Origin: a virus
Length of the DNA: 44,714 bases
Virus record (IMG/VR): IMGVR_UViG_3300046779_000684
Location: 1-44,714 of that record
Reading direction: 5' to 3' (one strand)
Numbering within the stretch: position 1 is the stretch's first letter; each line of letters opens with the position of its first letter. Position numbers and translations under genes: made by a program. The notes beneath the pieces are model-generated. The model was not told the DNA's origin. It saw only the letters and a list, made by a program, of their open reading frames with translations, and did no database searches. Below are positions 43,501 through 44,714 of this stretch, in pieces.

Positions 43501-44714
43501 GTCTGTGTACATTTTGTACAAGTTTTTAAGCCTTGTGTTGCTTGCATCGAATCCTGCTATAGTTATTACTTCCTGGATACGCTTACGAATAGCATTGATA
43601 CCTTTAGATAGAGATTTCTTAGTTTCTCTGATAGCCTCTAACTCTTGTTTAGCTGCTTCTCTTGCTTCAAAGGCTTGTTGTGGTGTGATGTTATTAGTCA
43701 ACACACTGCCGTTCAACTCAATGAATGGGTCATAGCAGAACAACTTATCAATATCATAATCCGAACCAGACTTGATAACCATTTCATCAGGTACCAAGAT
43801 GATTTCTCCTGACTCTTCGGGTAAGAACTCAACAACACGGAAGCTTTCCATAGAGTTGTAATCTTGGCCGGGTACACGAATCGCTGCAATAGTCAAGGCT
43901 TTATCTAGGATAGCTGCGTTAGCTTCTACGAAAATAGGATTAGTCAATGCTTCGTTAAGCCTTCTTACAGCACTAGACATGTTTACTGGCTTACCCTTTG
44001 CATCAAACTCACCAATAGTCTGTCCGTTGTACATTAAGTTCAACAAAGGATAATAACCCTTTGAGAAAGAAATCATGGCTTCGGCTTGCTTGATTACTTT
44101 CTTGTTCTCAGCATTTGTTACTAGGTCATAGTAACCAAGTTTTCTTCCGGGTCTAATCAATGAGGCAGGGTATTGAACTCGTTGAGCACCTGGTACTTTT
44201 TGCTTTAAGATATCATTTGTTACAGAGGCTACGATAGCACTCTCCATAACAGTACGGTCAATCATAGCATCAAGTGTATGCTGGAGTTCACCGTTCTCTT
44301 TAAGTTTAATTAAGTCTTTAGTTGCTTCAGCTACGTTCTTCTTAGAGAGTTCTTTTAGCAAATACTCTACAAGTTTTTCTTTGTCTTCTAGTTTAGAAAC
44401 AAAACTAATCTTATCTAGAGATACCAACTCATCAATGTACTTTCTATAAGCCTCGTAGAGTTCGCTCTTCTCAGAATCTTTATAGGCAAGTTTTCTGAAC
44501 TGAGTACTAAAGATACTCATGAAGGTTTCCTTGTTCTCTACCAACACCTGTTCTTTAAGGTATCTCATGTCGATAGAACCTGTAGGAACAAAATTAGTAT
44601 CTACACTACCATCAGCGTTAAACAAGTTAACTGGCTCAATAGTCTCGGCAATCTTAGTACCCGAAGAAACCACAGCGTAGTCAGCACCTGATGCATGCAT
44701 CTTTGCAAGTATCT
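40558..44714 (-). CDS. crAss-like virion DNA-dependent RNA polymerase (5'-partial) with C-terminal macro-like domain
   Basis: Frame is open to the window edge; SGTK, STQFRK, IRVPGQ..NSM and catalytic SGSDYDIDKL (43741-43770). Confidence 0.88.
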   Translation of the reverse strand, partial: ILAKMHASGADYAVVSSGTKIAETIEPVNLFNADGSVDTNFVPTGSIDMRYLKEQVLVENKETFMSIFSTQFRKLAYKDSEKSELYEAYRKYIDELVSLDKISFVSKLEDKEKLVEYLLKELSKKNVAEATKDLIKLKENGELQHTLDAMIDRTVMESAIVASVTNDILKQKVPGAQRVQYPASLIRPGRKLGYYDLVTNAENKKVIKQAEAMISFSKGYYPLLNLMYNGQTIGEFDAKGKPVNMSSAVRRLNEALTNPIFVEANAAILDKALTIAAIRVPGQDYNSMESFRVVEFLPEESGEIILVPDEMVIKSGSDYDIDKLFCYDPFIELNGSVLTNNITPQQAFEAREAAKQELEAIRETKKSLSKGINAIRKRIQEVITIAGFDASNTRLKNLYKMYTDFNAEQEEEDRPISQEDVARLANFFKEPYETKKKKATTEIKKILNALRTAKNEGLSASLFALDEELSALLERERFLTHEVKAIRGRFSNNLLFNLAERLTDESLFTLLLRPNSSDTVTEMAELFGDSNKYTTASYTNIVNPLYQLYVHQLNAFKKSLGVDAKSNVLHAILQKAGLVVIDKQAVEDYPLDANGKSTGFLDFSSSFDVEYNKTNGKKGTRIGDISGQLITAHVDIERDDSIAKIFLNNRLTPTANYMNMLGSRFEDIVKMINLSYKNVGGAKKDSSIIRYARGSAKYSSKRDFIQAILNEKLDKAFAWSQKTGEPLPEYAQFLNASLNQFGTEIMVNALKKRLNAYRISNPDALLSDQTEMGDLLRFVGWIATEEQQDKLFILSSNTDFDTFTPQNFESFRKGGQELADLMKSNFFNKKGVENVIFESVVSPFQLQQDIFDKLETIFPVSANKTLTSLIIRLHRSMKVLNYRLDYDTFSRVFKNDLLYSLFRNNVPQVAEYEKLLDKRNLGHISTLYNNLKVRLGQRGIQSDNLIFDGVVFTTNEDSQFIRAGYVQSEIDYSVDMLREDFSNGFNWSHPSLDPTNEDDQRLIQDMQSFFKAYAYAGIIGTNLNKRYDSYLPLIPEQVYTLPMSSIISEFTVGLAENIKTITDALVADYNAKENKELSDVLKETVTTTSEERGTVINNVLSEQMDTLLDSLGESHIAKFVRRFKEVHPEFSRTKDPNIDLFYFKDYDLTRESITPSSKVLQSSLTTRSDNPNREYTPKEVLELQPNEVFVFGANTLGHHGSGSAGYAQYKNGKANYNVLEPGTKGYWSEYGVTDRIMQGTNGMSYGVVTKFASMKNGKLKIGAKNSIPLSAVEESVVGMLKTAADNPNLKFLVTAIGVKQAGWTTPQIRSIFAKHNAIIPDNVILPKIFEVRDSIVPTTTTDESGNIIPLVPENFEAIKIEAIKDTFQELADISNNHENFCGGS

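Noticed and set aside
31793-43735. Short alternative-frame and antisense ORFs inside the giant - strand genes, and similar shadow ORFs inside + strand genes
   Set aside because: Fully nested in well-supported genes, with no motifs or initiation context
1-44714. Stop-codon reassignment (TAG or TGA), known in some Crassvirales
   Set aside because: Genes up to 6.3 kb are uninterrupted in code 11. TAG ends ORFs at 3603, 12190 and 30808, where the next gene already overlaps.

Overview
Fragment of a Crassvirales-like (crAss-like) phage of a Bacteroidota host, read in the standard genetic code. The + strand (1-29402) carries early and replication genes: an SPFH lipoprotein, a RyR-domain protein, a GH73 hydrolase, an SF2 helicase, an acyl-CoA thioesterase, ThyX, an M28-like peptidase, DnaB, an AAA ATPase, a putative SSB, primase, UDG, DUF932, NinG, PolA, NinB, DUF5664, a PD-(D/E)XK nuclease, dCMP deaminase and GroES. 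It converges at a bidirectional terminator (~29410-29430) with a - strand late block: a partial giant virion RNA polymerase (DYDID motif) with a C-terminal macro-like domain, a 2102-aa zincin-motif virion protein, a 969-aa tail/structural protein, and a holin/spanin-like/secreted-nuclease cassette. Bacteroidota-type TTG-N18-20-TAnnTTTG promoters are visible. The most unusual element is a ~800-nt non-coding locus (1460-2260). It holds four tRNA-Leu-like RNAs with intact, covarying acceptor and T arms but deleted, expanded or degenerate anticodon arms, alternating with structured spacer RNAs that include a repeated GGTGAC-stem-GAAAGA hairpin. All product calls come from motifs recognised by eye; no searches were run.
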